The notes under the pieces are model-generated. The model was not told the DNA's origin. It saw only the letters and a program-made list of their open reading frames with translations, and searched no databases. Below are positions 1-14,162 of a stretch of 64,000 nt of DNA, one piece after another (within the stretch, counting starts at the first letter, position 1; the number at the start of each line of letters is the position of its first letter). This DNA is from the human T2T-CHM13v2.0 reference genome, Homo sapiens, in the NCBI RefSeq assembly GCF_009914755.1, contig NC_060927.1; one strand, 5' to 3'. A program made the position numbers and the translations under genes.

Positions 1-62
1 AACTCACACTTTGAGGCAGGTTGAGATTTAATCCTTCCTCTATGTTTAAAAATTACAAAAGT

Positions 63-386
<324 letters not shown>

Positions 387-1241
387 TTACTTTTGAAAAA
401 ATCAATACATTTTAGAAAATATTTTCAGAAGTGTGATTCAACAAATAAAAATAAGCTGCATTATTGCTTTAAAATTCAAGGCTTCCAATGCATTTCCTTC
501 TTTTTGATATGTACAATTTCATGAAAAGAGGGATATTATTATTGGAAGATAATAAGGAAATTGTGGCTGAGAAGGATTAAAAACTTGCCCAAAATTTCGG
601 TAGTAAGAGACGGAAAACTACAAACCAAACTGTTCTACTATTACTGTGGATGTATGAGAACAACACTCAAACTTGTGGAAAGAACATTGTTCACTATTGG
701 AGTATAAGAAACAGAAATAATTTCCTTTATCTAATAGATATTAAATTTTCAACGTAATGTAAGTGAAGGTTGAAAAAAATTGAAAAACTATAGGATAGCC
801 ATGGAAAGAGAGTGTTAAAATAAGAATCCATTTTGGAGAGCATTTAATCTCCAAAAGGCAATTGAAACAGATATGCAGATGCTTAAAATTAGTAACAGGA
901 TATAAATCCGAGATAGTTTTTCTCAGAGGAATAAGCAAGCTGATACTTACTTCATAAATCTTTTGAACAGCAAAATATACAAAAATAATATAGGGTGTAT
1001 TTATAATGCCTTTTTTGAATTTATTTTACTAATACAGCATTTTTAAGTTCATAATTTTCAAATGTTTTTCAAAACAGCTGTAAAAGTTCTACTACATACA
1101 GTCAACAGAGTGTGGTGATGGAAGGGGAAGAAGATAGGTGATAAAGAAACAAAATAAATAAAATTGACCTTAGAATTCAGGGGGTTAGATTTCAATCTCC
1201 AAGAATGATTATTTGAGCTCTTTCCTTCTCAAGATATCAAT

Positions 1242-1476
1242 TTTTTTTTAGCATTTAATAGGCACATAATCAACATTTACTGTTCAACTGAAACAAAATT
1301 AAAATTGGGCGCTCTCTCTATCTTTATTTGTGATCGGCCCTAACTGCCCTGGCAATCTTTTCCGTTTTTTTGTTTTCTGTTTTCCATTCGCATGCCCCTT
1401 AGCGTACCTGGGGCTCCGGCTTCTTTACAAAAGAAACCCAAAGTGCTCCGCAAGCACAGCCAGTGAAAGCGAAAAG
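1242..1476 (-). pseudogene. Short retroposed copy (processed-transcript 3' end or orphan transduction), parent unidentified
   Basis: Exact 12-bp direct repeat CAAGATATCAAT at 1230-1241 and 1477-1488; T9 tract at 1241-1249 is a minus-strand poly(A); AGTAAA 26 nt and ATTAAA 4 nt before the tail; 8 CpGs. Confidence 0.8.
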
Positions 1477-3324
1477 CAAGATATCAATATATAGTATTAT
1501 TTTGTTTCCAGGACAATAACAGCATTCAACAACATATTTCATCTATATGATAAGGTAGTTTGAAATTCTCAAAATAGGCTTCCAGAAGGGATGGAAAAGC
1601 TGTTTAAATAATAAAGCAATTTTCACTTACTAAAACCTATTCAAGAGTAAAGCAGAGCCGTTCTTGTTTGCATTTTAAATTTTGAATTACTTATAATTCC
1701 TCCATAAAAATGTAAAAGGAATATTTCCACATTTGCTTACATTTGGGGGACAGATAGCTCAATATTTATGATGCCAGATTATTCAAGGGGAAATCTGTCA
1801 AATGTTTCAGTCAATTGTTCTTTTCTCTGTTGTAGAAATATATAGAAAAGAAAAACTAGGAAGAACTTCCTAAAGCAAATGGAAGAGAATGCTTATTCTC
1901 TTAGTTCTTAGTTCTTCAGGAAAAGAAGGGAGGGGGGTCGGGGAAGCTCAGAATTCAAGGAAGTGTTTGCAGAAGTCATTCCTCAGCCTCCTCAAGACAT
2001 TTCCTGCTGGAGAGATGGGGAGCATTGATCAGCCAGTGTTATCTGAGCCAATCTGTTTACCTCAGATTGTAAATCATCTCAGTGTATCTGAGCCCTGGAC
2101 CCCTCTGAGATGTCCAGTTCAAACTATAGACATTATCCATTTACAGGCTTTTCTTTTTTTTTAATGAAATAAAAACCCTATGCATTTCAGAAAGAAAAAA
2201 ATGTGTTTACACAACCAAATGATTTCACATCTGGTGAAATTCAAGCTGCCATTCTGTAAAAACAACTCTAAAGTGTACTGCTCAGAAAATAGTGCAATGC
2301 CTTTTAAAAGATCACTGGAGTATAAACTGAAATAAACTGCACATTTCAGGATTTTAATGGATGGTTTAACTCCTTAATACTTCTTTTTATTTGTGTCTCT
2401 GATAAATAAGCTTGTTACAATTATTTTTGTGAGATGAAATTATGAAATCACTATGAAATATTTATAATATATTAATATCTAAATGTTATGGTTCTTATTA
2501 GAATTTTTGATAATTATCTCAATGATGTATTTAGAAAGAATAGGAATCTCATGGTAATATGTCAAGTAGATACCTGGGAAGATAGCACACAGTAGAAATA
2601 AAATAGATTTGTTTGTTGATTTGGGTTAATTTCATTAGGAGAAATCCATTTAGAGAATTGATTCACTTTGGAAGTAATGCCTATTTGGTATGAATAAAGA
2701 ACATCACAGTGACAACAACAAAACAGAAAAAAATAGGCATTATATAATATGTGTTAATAAATATCAGGAAAAAACCTTATATTTGGAATCACTGAGCCTG
2801 ATTTAAATTTGTTTTCTTTTATTATCTTCATAACATTGAGTGTCCTGCTTATAGGTAAAATATTTCTACAATCTGTGGCAAATTTCACACCTATAAATTC
2901 CCACAAGCTGACAGCTACATGGAAGAAACCATCTTTATATCAGGTTACAAGAGCAACAAATGTTTTGTTTCCTTAAACATGTTACATTATTATATTGTAG
3001 TACTTGTAAGGAGTTGTTTTTTCCTACTAAAAATGTATGTACTCATTAACTGGTAAAGTAGAAGTTGTATAATTTTTGTTTGCAATGTAAAGAGCATCGT
3101 ACTAAGAAAAATAACAATTCCAAGCATAAATAAAAGCTAACAAATCAAATAACTCCACCTTTTAAAAATACGTAGGGACTTCTAGGACAAAATCTAAATC
3201 ATTCATGCAGGAAAAATTTGCACATTTACTTTTGTGAAAAATGTATACATTTTAGTCTATAAAACTAAAGTTTAATTTTCAGAAACAGCCACCAGAAGAC
3301 TTTCACTTTACATTTCTTTTACAC

Positions 3325-3560
3325 ATTCATTCATTCAACAAATTCTCCTGGATACCTATGATGTGCTTAGTACTATGCGAATTAGTGTGGAAATGGCAGT
3401 AAGCAAAGCAAAGTTATATTACTCATGGAGAGAAATGCATGGTGAAAAGTTCTATTAAAAAAAGAAAGCGGGGTCAGGCAAGGTATTGAAGTGTTCTGGG
3501 AAGTCCTCTCTGATAAAATGAGGCTTGAAAGGAAACTGAAATGCAGTGGAAAAGTAAGCA
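3325..3560 (-). mobile_element. L2 LINE 3' remnant
   Basis: ATTCATTCATTCAACAAA end motif followed by decayed L2-like sequence. Confidence 0.55.
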
Positions 3561-4143
3561 TGTTATTAACATTTGCCTCTGAATCAATTACTAATATTTA
3601 ACATCTTGGACTTATCTTCTCTGCAATATTAAACTGCAAATTGATAAGATGGTAAAAAAATGAAATTCCATAGCTATTTCATGCTATCCTGCATTTTTCA
3701 CCAGGATTGTTTTATAACAATCAGGTCTATTCCCAACCCTCATTAAGGAAAACAATTGAACAATATTCAAAGTTATCTGTTTGTACTACATTTTAGAGAG
3801 GAACAATGTTTAAATCTGAAGCGGTATCTCTAGGATATATTTCCTGATGAATATACAGCTAAAACTTGTCATAGGGACATTGTCTCAACTCTAAGTTGGT
3901 AGAGTCAATGGAAAATTGAAGAAAAAAAAAGCCACTGTTATTAATTAGTAAGCAGAGTAGTTTTAAGAATCACCTGAAGGTTTTTAGAGGGGAAAATTCA
4001 TACCTACTGGGTTATATGATATGTGTCTGTATGTGTGCCAGGAAGGATGAAGGGAACATCTCAGAACTACATGTTTATAATAAACTTAAAATCTGAGTTA
4101 TATTGTACACATACTAAATAATTTTAAGAACTAATCACTGTGA

Positions 4144-4495
4144 GGCTGGGTGCAGTGGCTCACACCTATAATCCAAGCACTTTGGGAGGCCAAGGTGGGC
4201 AGAAGGCTTGAGCTCAGAAGTTCGAGACCAGCCTGGGCAACACGGTGAAACCCCCATCTTGCCCCGTCTCTACAAAAACCCAGTCTCTACAAAAAAATAT
4301 GAAAAGAAATAAATAGCCAAGCATGGTGGCATGTGTCTGTAGTTCCAGCTACTTGGGTGGCTAAAGTGTGAGGATCATTTTTAGCCTAGAAGGTTGAGGC
4401 TACAGTAAGCCATGATAGCACCACTGCACTCCAACCTGGGTTATAGAGTGAGACCTGGTCTCAATAAAAATAAATAAATAAATAAATAAAAATAA
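4144..4495 (+). mobile_element. AluJ SINE with internal duplication
   Basis: Diverged dimeric Alu with AluJ-type features; duplicated GTCTCTACAAAAA in the linker; (TAAA)n tail. Confidence 0.9.
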
Positions 4496-4899
4496 ATTAA
4501 GCACCATGAATAAAGAGGGCCTAATTGTGAAGTTTGTGGAAGTCTGTATTAGACAAAGAGAATTTAAAAATGTATGAGGTTGAGAAACATGTCTCTTTTT
4601 ACAAGTGTATTAGACAGCAATTTAAATGAGCATACCACTTTCAAATTCTGATAGCAGAAGCATTTAAAGAAACAGATTGTGCCAAGAAAATTGCCTGAAG
4701 TTTTTATTATGGCTATGTATAATAATGACCACAACATAATAGTAGAAATAAAGATAAATTCTAAATCTAAAATTTAGATACAACTCTGAATCATGTCTAA
4801 ACTGCTGTGAATTTAAATAGTGCTCCTTTGAACCATATTTAACTGTTGTTCAACTTGCTTAATTTTTTTTACATAACTAATTGAGCATCCACAATCTAA

Positions 4900-5350
4900 T
4901 ATGGGGCACACCAGGACCCAAACAGGCCTTGTCTTAGGCCCTGAAGGGTAAAGGTTTTGTATCACCTCCAGATTTGCAATTAGATCCTAATTATAACATG
5001 CCTCATTTAAAGCTACAGGACTCCCAACCCTGTCAACACTACTGGACCATAACATGTCTGTCTTAATTAGATCTGATTAGTTCTGGGCCCAGCTCATATT
5101 GTGCACCCTGACTCTGTTAAAAGCTGCTCATCTGGTTGGCAGCTGCTAGTATGGAAGAACCTTATTTATCATGCTGCAAGAAAGTGTGCGCCCTCACCTT
5201 CCTCTCCTGGGACTGGGGGCCTTTTATATCCCATAGCTCCATATGATCAGCCAAATAATGCACCTCACTTATCACTGGCAGTTGAATAAAGCTGAGAATG
5301 GAAGTCTATGCTGCTCAGGGACTACTTCTTGAAGTGCTGAGAGCTTTCTC
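4900..5350. mobile_element. Possible ancient ERV LTR remnant, family not recognised
   Basis: Locally GC-richer block of about 450 bp with AATAAA near its right end; compositional impression only. Confidence 0.25.
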
Positions 5351-5428
5351 TATTCTACCATCCAATATAACTCTACATGGCAATTTTACGTTTTTCAGAG
5401 ATGATTTATTCATTCCTTACTTTCTGTA

Positions 5429-5640
5429 AGTAGGGTGGTTATAGTTAACAACTAATTGTATACCTCAAAATGGCTAGAAAAATTTTAGATGTTTCCCAAA
5501 GAAATGATAGATGTTTGAGTTGATGTATATCATAAAATGCCCTGATTTGATCATTACACATTGCATATATCAAAATATCACAAGTACCCCTTAAATATAT
5601 ACAATAATTTTACATTTAAAATGTTTTTAAAATAAAAAAA
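5429..5640 (+). mobile_element. L1MA-type LINE-1 3' UTR end
   Basis: AGTAGGGTGGTTATAGTTAACAA...CCCTGATTTGATCATTACACATTG...A-rich tail resembles the L1MA 3' terminus. Confidence 0.85.
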
Positions 5641-6779
5641 TTAAAGTAAGTTTGTATTTCAATAAGGCTACATGAAACAATAGTTGTAATGCATTTTCTG
5701 AAATCCATTTTCAAATATAACTAGTAAGTGTTATCAATTTCATTAACATGAAAGAACAAAATTTGAAACACTTGTCCAAAGTGTATGATGATATCCACTG
5801 TGGTTTTCTCTCTTTGCCATTCACATTTGTTTCCAGAAACCTACAGATGAAAATATCAGTATTGATTTTCTTTTTTCTTTATTTGATACGTCAAGCTTGC
5901 TTCATGACTAATGGCTCATAAGCATCCTCAATTACTTTGCTTTGTATCTGGACAGCATTTTGATAATGGTTGAATTAATACTGGGCATTGACATCTTTAT
6001 CTACAGTTAATGGAACTTCTTATTTAGTTGTGAGCAGTAGCTGAGGGATATCAGATTTACTAGGATCAACAAAAAGACCTGTCTTCATATTTTACCCTCT
6101 TCTAAGCTAGTAAACTGAGAAGAATGAGGAGGTATTCCAGAAAGGGCTTAAACTATTCCATAAGGTATGAAGCAATATTCTATATCATAATACTAAAAAG
6201 TACGCGATACTTTGTATATGTAAAGAAAACAAAATGTGAATTTTAAAATTCCATTTTATATTTGTGACTCTGAATTTCTAATTTAAATTCTTATAAATTT
6301 AGAAATAAAGTGTGTTTGGTTATTTCCACTAAATGAAATTAAGTTGTTTCTTTTTACAAAGCTATTTTCTCCACTAGTAATACTATAAGCATGCTGTCAG
6401 GTTAATCATGCAGGTAAGAAGACATAGAGATCTAGGTCCTATAGATGTATTATCTAAGTAGCTGGTTGAGGAAGACAACTGAAATAGAGCATTAAGATTT
6501 TATCATTTGTATGCTTTTTTTTCTCCCAGAGATGTGGCCTCCAGTAATAACACTAGCAACCTGTATTGTGTATTTGCTAGATTCAGCTTTTAAAGTGTTT
6601 TACGTACATTAACTTAATCAGCATAGTAAATCTACAAGGTATGGTCCTACCCGATATTTAAATATTGCTATACTCCAGGGCTACATAGCTAGCCAACTGT
6701 TATTTATACACACTATCTCAAGAGATACTCTCTCTTAATCCTGTGGTTTAAAAAAAGCCACCTAAAAGTGTCTACAGGT

Positions 6780-7368
6780 CTCTATATCCATCCCAGACCT
6801 TTTACCTTCACTCCAGATCCATGTATCCAATTCTGAACTCCCCTCACATAATTAAATCAAATTCCCAACATATTTCTGGCACCTTGGCTCTTCCCTAACA
6901 CTCAGCCCCAAAACTCCAGCCCCTCCAAGCTTGATTTGGAAAATGTAAATGTTACCAGTATGTTCTGTAAACTTTATTTACAAAATATTTCTCAAATCCA
7001 ACTACTTCTCACTATTTTCATTGATACAATGAAGGTTCAAACAATCTCCATTGCCCACTTTGACTAATGCAATGCCCTTCTCAACATTCTGCTCTCAAGT
7101 CAACTGTAACCTCCTAAAAGAGGTGTTTTCTGATCGCCACATCTGGATATAGAGCACATCATGACCTTTTTCAATTCGTTTGTCTGTTTTACTTACTTCA
7201 AAGAAAGAATTCCCACCAAGGATTATGTCATTTGTTTACTAGTATAGGTGTTCATTGTCAATCTTCCCAAAGAAATATCAAATTTTGAGATCAATTCCAG
7301 AGCCCAGAGCAACTACTGAGAGATAATAATTGCTTAAGCATGATTTGTTGAATAAATATATGAATGAA
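6780..7368 (+). mobile_element. L2 LINE fragments
   Basis: L2 core motifs (CTCCAGATCCATGTATCCAA; CAAATCCAACTACTTCTCAC) and terminal ATTTGTTGAATAAAT..TGAATGAA. Confidence 0.7.
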
Positions 7369-7850
7369 GCGATGTTATAGTGAAAAGTATATCTCTCCTT
7401 CCAAGATAAGGTACTATACTTACCCCAAGCTTCTTCATGTAAATAGATCTATCCCGGTGGAATTTGGACCTATCCATAAAGCAGTCCTTTAGATGTCTTC
7501 AGGCCTCTCTGAACTTGGAGTAGGAGTAATTTAGATTCATGTTGATTCACTGACAACTCAACCAGTTCTGAGGTTCACCACACATGCATTTGTAAAATTA
7601 TATCCATTCATTCATTCATTTATACATTTGGCATGTTTTTATAACTGTGCTAACTTGGATGAAAAAAAATAACAGAATACTTGCCCTTAAGTTTTACCCT
7701 TTTTGAGTCTCTAATTCAGCATATTAAATATTAAAATAAATGTATACATGCATACATATACCTATACACATACATAATACAGATGAAACAAAAGTCATCA
7801 TTAGCTCAACGTTGCCATTTACATTCCCCAAAAATCTTGCTTAATTTTTA

Positions 7851-8118
<268 letters not shown>

Positions 8119-9114
8119 CTAGAGAGATTTAATAATATTGGCAGAAAAAGATCCCAATCCTGCTTATGCCTTTTCCTGGGTAATTTGACAAGGAACAAGA
8201 TTTAAAAGCCCCATCCTATTTCAAAAACTTTTATCTCTACTTTTAGTGTGAATCCCTTTGCACGATTAAGACTGATGGATTGTCTACAGAAAGGGTTTTA
8301 CTGTATGAAGCCAAGAAAATTGTATTATTTCCTTCAATGCTTTTAGAAGCTCTCTTAGAAAACTTTAGAAATCCCTTCCTTATGTTGTTCAAATAGAAAA
8401 GACTGTCAGATTCGAGTACTTCTTAATATCTGATCTCACCATAAACAGAAAGATTATATATTGATCTTTCAATTATGAGTTATGTGCAAAGAGATAAAAA
8501 GAATCCTATGGTCATTATGTAGATGAAACAATCCTCTCCCTTAGCCCTATTTTGCTGAATTCTGACAACCCAATTCACATATAGGTGGGAAATAGGCCCC
8601 TGAGAAAACTCATGTCACCTGTTGTTAAGTTACTACACAGTTAAAGGTAAACAGATGAATAAGAATGATTTTAAAAAGGCTTTTATGCTATATCATCTGA
8701 AATATGCATTTATAAATCATATAGTCACTATTTAAAAGTACTTCAGAAAACTAGACACTTGAGGCAAGCAATAAAGATAAATGAAGGAATACATGAGGGT
8801 ATAGAGTTGTGTTAAACTCAGCAGCTTAGGCATTATTTATAAAGATGTTATTCCTTTTGTTTGTCTTTTTTGATCTAAAATTAGGATGAGATATATCCTA
8901 AAGTTCAGGTTTTAGACTGACACTATAGAGATTGTCCTTCTGTGATTTCCTGATTCTATCTAGGTCTCATGCTCCTCCTTTAAAGGTTGAAAAGGAAGCC
9001 ATATCATCTTTACTTGGATTTTGTTCTTCTCCCACCTCAAACATACATTTTAGGTTTTATTTTTAATTTTCAAAATAGAAGTATAAATTTCCAATAAAAA
9101 ACCTGATGTAAGAC

Positions 9115-9487
9115 TGATAGGGTTTGGCTGTTTCCCCACCCAAATCACATCTTGAACTGTAATTCCTATAATCCCCATGTGTCATGGGAGAGACCCGGTG
9201 GGAGGTCATTGAATCATGTGGGAGGTTACCCTCATGCTGTTCTCATGATAGTGAGAGAGTTCTCATGAGATCTGATGGTTTCATAAGGGGCTTTTCCCCT
9301 TTCTGCTCAGCACTTCTCTTTGCTGCCGCATGTGAAGAAGGACATGTTTGCTTCTCCTTCTGCCATGATTATGTTTCCTGAGACCTGCCCAGCCATGCTC
9401 AACTGTGAGTCAATTAAGCCTCTTTCCTTTATAAATGACCCAGTCTTGGGTATGTCTTTATTAGCAGTGTGGGAATGGACTAATACA
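9115..9487 (+). mobile_element. Solo THE1C/D (MaLR) LTR
   Basis: TGATAgGGTTTGGCTG...GGACTAATACA termini; perfect 5-bp TSD AAGAC. Confidence 0.95.
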
Positions 9488-9499
9488 AAGACTAAAAAT

Positions 9500-11550
9500 T
9501 CTGTTTATTCTTTCCACAAATACTCACTGTGCAACATGAGTTGTTATGTTCTCTTCGACAGCATACACTCTTCTAGTTGCTATAGCAGAGCAGCCCAGAA
9601 AACAAGAAATTCCTGTTCTCACACAGTATATGTTTTAGTAGTGGTGACTGTCATAACACAAGGCAAGCAAGTAGGTATACAGTGTGGTAGGAAAGATATC
9701 CAGAGTTTGAATATTTTCATTACTGTCACTTCTTCTATTCTAATAGCTGTTAAGGAGCAAAGTAAAATTAAACAGTGAAGAAGAATAGGAAATAATAGAG
9801 TTGGAGAGTGCAGTTTTAGAGTGGATAGTAAAGAAAGTTCTCACCGAAATGTCTTTGAATAAAAATGAGGACAGAAACGAAATGGGAAACTGTCATATAG
9901 GCCCTTATGGTCATTGTAAGAACTTTGACTTCTAATCTGGGAATGATGGATAGTTACAGTGTGGTTTTGAACAGAAGGATGAAGTGTAGTGACACACATT
10001 TAAACTAGATATTCTAGGCCAAGTGCAGTGACTCATACCTGTAATCCCAGAACTTTAGGAGGCTGAGGTGGGAGGATCCCTTGAGGCCAGGAGTTCAGTA
10101 CCAGCCTGGGCCACAAAGGGTGATCTCATCTTTATAAGAAAAATAAATGCATAAAAAAGTTTTCATTAAACTAGATATTCCAGACTACTGTATTGAGGAT
10201 ATATTGAGCTGTAAGAATGAAAGCAGGAGACCACTTACGGGACTGATGAAATAAATCAGGCAAGAGATTATAGTGAAACAAATTAGAATAGAAGAAGTGG
10301 AGTAGTGAAAATATTCAAACTCTGGATATCTTTTCAAGGTTAAGCAGACATAACTTACTGACACAAAGTGCTGTATGAGAAGATGGGAAATAACGGAGAG
10401 CAATAAAAGTGGGAATGAGAACTTAAGGGTGACTCCTCGATATTTATGTATTTGCCTCAGTGACAGGGAGAAACGAGTTTTGAGTTCTGAGATGAGAAAG
10501 TACAGGGAGAGCAGTTAACGGAAACATTTTTTGATATATTAAATTCAAAGTATCTACCAGACTGCAAGTACAGATGTCAAGTAGATAGTTAGATATAATA
10601 ATCTGGAGTTTTAAGGCAAGATTTAGGCAAAAAGATACACTTTTGGCAACTGCCAACATACACATAGACTGCATTTCCAATTGTGAGTCTGGATTAGATA
10701 TTCAAAAGAGTAATGATAGAGTCAGCAGAGATCCATGGAATGAACTGAAATACTCAAAGCTTTTAAAGAATAAGCTAACAAGGAAGTCCGAGATAGAGTT
10801 GTGAAAGAGTTGGAGAAAACCAGAGTCAAGTGGAAAAAGCTTGCCCTTGAAATCCACTATAATAACTGTACTTTACACGCAATTCTAACCTCAATAGGGA
10901 CAGGGATTTTTGACCCCACAGTGATTCAGAAGCAGCAATGTATAAAGGAATAGTCATCTAAGTATTTCAAGTAAGATTATGACTGAGACAAGTCTTTAGA
11001 CAAACTCTAAGATGAGACAACCTAGCAATAAGGAGATGATTGGTTTTCTTGAAAGGAGCAGATGTGTTAGAATAGTAGGGCAAACTGATTGGAGGAGGAG
11101 GTTCAAGAATGGAAATACATAACTTAGAAACAAAAATGTACCACTCTTTTAAGGAGGGTGGCTAAAAGTGACAGTAACTAGAGAGATGTGGGTTCAAAGC
11201 AAGATTTTTGTTTAAGATGTAGGAAAAATATGGTTGAAGCATATATTTAATGGGAATGATTTTCAGAGTATTCCCAGAGAGGGAATGGGATCTGGTGTAA
11301 AGGGCAGCTTTAGTGAGGAACATTAAAATTTCATCTTTAATTATAGGAGAGTCATTCAATTATGGTGGATGATAGGTAGGTAGACATGTGGATGAGGTGG
11401 GGGGAACTTTTGGAAGTTATTTTCTGGTTGTTCCTATGTTCTTAGAGATAAAGTCTGAGGATGGCATAAAGTAATGTAATCTTAGGGGTGAGAACTTATT
11501 AAGAAGTTGTCCGGAAGGTGGGGAGAGTAAATGGGTTAAGAAAAATATAA
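9500..11550 (-). mobile_element. Long degraded L2 LINE, interrupted by a FLAM
   Basis: Purine-rich antisense L2 motifs (GGTCATTGTAAGAACTTTGACTT, GGTTTTGAACAGA, AAATAAATCAGGCAAGAGAT, AGATGTCAAGTAGATAGTT). Confidence 0.75.
10017..10158 (+). mobile_element. FLAM (free left Alu monomer)
   Basis: Single left monomer, A-rich tail, TSD TTAAACTAGATATTC on both sides. Confidence 0.9.
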
Positions 11551-12636
11551 TATAAATGTCAGATAGTACCAAGTGCCCAGCTGGGGTTATTAAGTATTTT
11601 ACTCTTTTACTTATTTGCATTTTTTTGTATTTTGATTATTCTTTGCAAGATTATGCCACTCTGAAATTAAATATATCAATGGCCATAAAGATTACCAAGA
11701 AGGCATCAGCTGTCCTCTAGATCATAGAACATTGTCATTATTTCAGAATATTAAACATTATCATTGTCATCACTTCAGAATATGAAAGAACAAACAAGGG
11801 GAATAATAGTCACACACTGTCATTGCATGTTGCAAAACCAAATGCATCTGAACATACACTTTTTTTCACACACAAAACAACTTAGAACCTAAGTTTATAA
11901 AAATGTGTTTTGTCTCTACAATTGAATTAGAAATATTTTCCCACATGGATTAACTCCTCTCTTTATAGAGAATTGACCAAATAAGAATTCCCATTTCCTA
12001 AGGCCAGAAGGTCACTTTCTGTAAATGTGTATGTATTTATATTCATTTATTTTGGTTAAGAATGCCACCAATCTCCAATTTAAACCAAAAAATATTATTT
12101 CTATTTCCAGAGTCACTCCTATTTTTAAAGTTTTTCTCAAGCAATATCACATCAATTCTCTTCCTATTTTCATAGCCTTCTTCCATCTGACCCTCATTTT
12201 CCTGTTTTAGTAATTATCTCATGGTAGATTTTGTAGTAATCTCTTTGCTCACTACGCCAGCTTCCATATCTCCATATTTTATTAAATTTTGCTTAACATT
12301 ACAAAATTACTTACCTAAAACTCATCAATCAGATCATAGTAATCTATTACCATTTGTCCCAACTGTCTACAGGATAAAATGAAAAAAAATATTTTTTATT
12401 TATTTGGCATGTACGGCCAAATCTAATCTTCTACTCATGTTATAAACAAATCTAAACAAATATTCTGTTACCGTGTATCTTGATTATAACGTCTAATGTT
12501 AGCTGGACCTAGATCATAATCAACATCCCATCCTTCCTAATACTCTTCTATCCCCACCCCATGTGTCTTTGCTCACATGTCCTCATTTTGAAATAGTTCT
12601 TCCCTCTGGGCCTACAAAGCACTCGTGTTCTTGAAC

Positions 12637-13159
12637 AGTTTTAGTCAGGGTTCTCTGGATATATATGGTTATACACATATATACACATACATCTCCTTAC
12701 AGATCTGTGTTATACACACACACACACACAATGAAATGCATTATATATATATACACACACGCATAAACAACTTTATGTGTGTGTATAAAGATATTTATTA
12801 TAAGAAATTGGCTCATGTGGGATTACGTAAACTAGCAAATCCAAAATCTGCAGAGCCAATGTCCTAGTCTGAGTCCAAAGGTCAGCAGGTTGCTGTAGAA
12901 ACAGGAAGAGCTGATGCTCCAGTTCAAAGGCCAACGGGCAGTCAGTCTTTTGCTCTAACCAGGACTTCAATGATTGGATGAGGACCACCCACATAATAAG
13001 GGAAATTTACTTTACTCACTCCACTCTCCACTAATTAAGTAATGATTTAAACATTAATCTCATCCAAATACTCTCACAGAAACACCCAAAATAATATTTG
13101 ACCAAATATCTGGGCTCCCTATGGTTCAGCAAAGTTGACACATAAAGTTTACTATCACT
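12637..13159 (-). mobile_element. MLT2-type (ERVL) solo LTR with internal (TA)/(CA) tract
   Basis: TTAGTCAGGGTTCTCT...ATTGGCTCATGTG...GATTGGATGAGGACCACCCAC...AAGTTGACACATAAA..TATCAC matches the MLT2 reverse complement. Confidence 0.88.
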
Positions 13160-13694
13160 AGTACTATCCTACCTCCAGATCACATGTAATCTTCCCAGTT
13201 CACCACAGTAGAATAACTTCCTTCTTGGAATTCCCATTGCATATACTATGTCACTTGTTAAATATTCCCATCCTCTAGTCTAATTGAGTAACTTTCTGCC
13301 AGTACATTTTAGCTATACAGCTAGATTTTAGGTCCCTCAGGAAAGTACAGCATTCAGTTTAACATCCTGGGCCCTGGAGCCAGATTATTTAGATTTATTC
13401 TGGAGACAGATTCAGCTAATTCTTTGATGAATTGACATATCTAATCAAATCACAAATCCCACAATAGTAGACAACTTCTGACACACCAGTGAATGTTGAA
13501 ACAGAATTCTGATTTATAAATATATGTTTTTCAACCACAATAGCGATGCATTTCATTGTTTTATCTAGGGTCATCTAGACACATATACATCTAGACACAC
13601 ATAAATATACACAAATGTATATAGTTATAAAGTCCCTTTTCTTAAAGGAATATTTTTGATGGATTTTCTTTGTTTCTGAAGGTCTAAGACAAAG

Positions 13695-14126
13695 AGCCAC
13701 AAATGTGAACCACACTATCTGTTTTTAAATTTTCTAATAGCCACATTTTAGAGAGTAAAAAGAAATAGGTAAAATGAATTTGAATTATATGCAAACTTAC
13801 AAAATATCATTTCAACATATAATCAATACCATTTTTATTTGTACAAATTTAAAAAGTACAAGTGCAGTTTTGTTACATAGCTAAATTTTGTAGTAGTGAA
13901 TTCTGGGCTTTTGGTGTAACTATCTCCTGAATAATGTACATTGCACTCATTAATTAATTTCTCATCCCTCACTCCTCTCCTATCCTTCCATATATTGTTG
14001 AAACATTTTATAAGTCTTTGAAAACCAGTGTGTATTTTACATTTCTGAAATTTTGAATTTGGAGTAGCTACATTTCAGGGTTTAATAGGCTCATGTAGCT
14101 AGTGGCTACCACATTGAACAGCACAG
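13695..14126. mobile_element. MER33 hAT-Charlie MITE, interrupted by an L1 fragment
   Basis: TTTTCTAATAGCCACATT...AAAAAGAAATAGGT and ATGTAGCTAGTGGCTACCACATTGAACAGCACAG end. Confidence 0.8.
13831..13990 (-). mobile_element. L1PB-type LINE-1 3' end nested in MER33
   Basis: GTACAAGTGCAGTTTTGTTACAT...GGGCTTTTGGTGTAAC...TAATTTCTCATCCCTCAC. Confidence 0.8.
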
Positions 14127-14162
14127 GTCTGAACTAACACGTGGTTTAATGTACTCTCCCTG

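Noticed and set aside
1741-1826. Minus-strand acceptor/donor pair (86 nt)
   Set aside because: Stops in all three frames; such pairs are frequent by chance in AT-rich DNA and nothing else supports it.
11730-11784. Short imperfect direct repeats (also about 13572-13600, 16351-16371 and 47028-47047)
   Set aside because: Ordinary slippage micro-duplications with no further structure.
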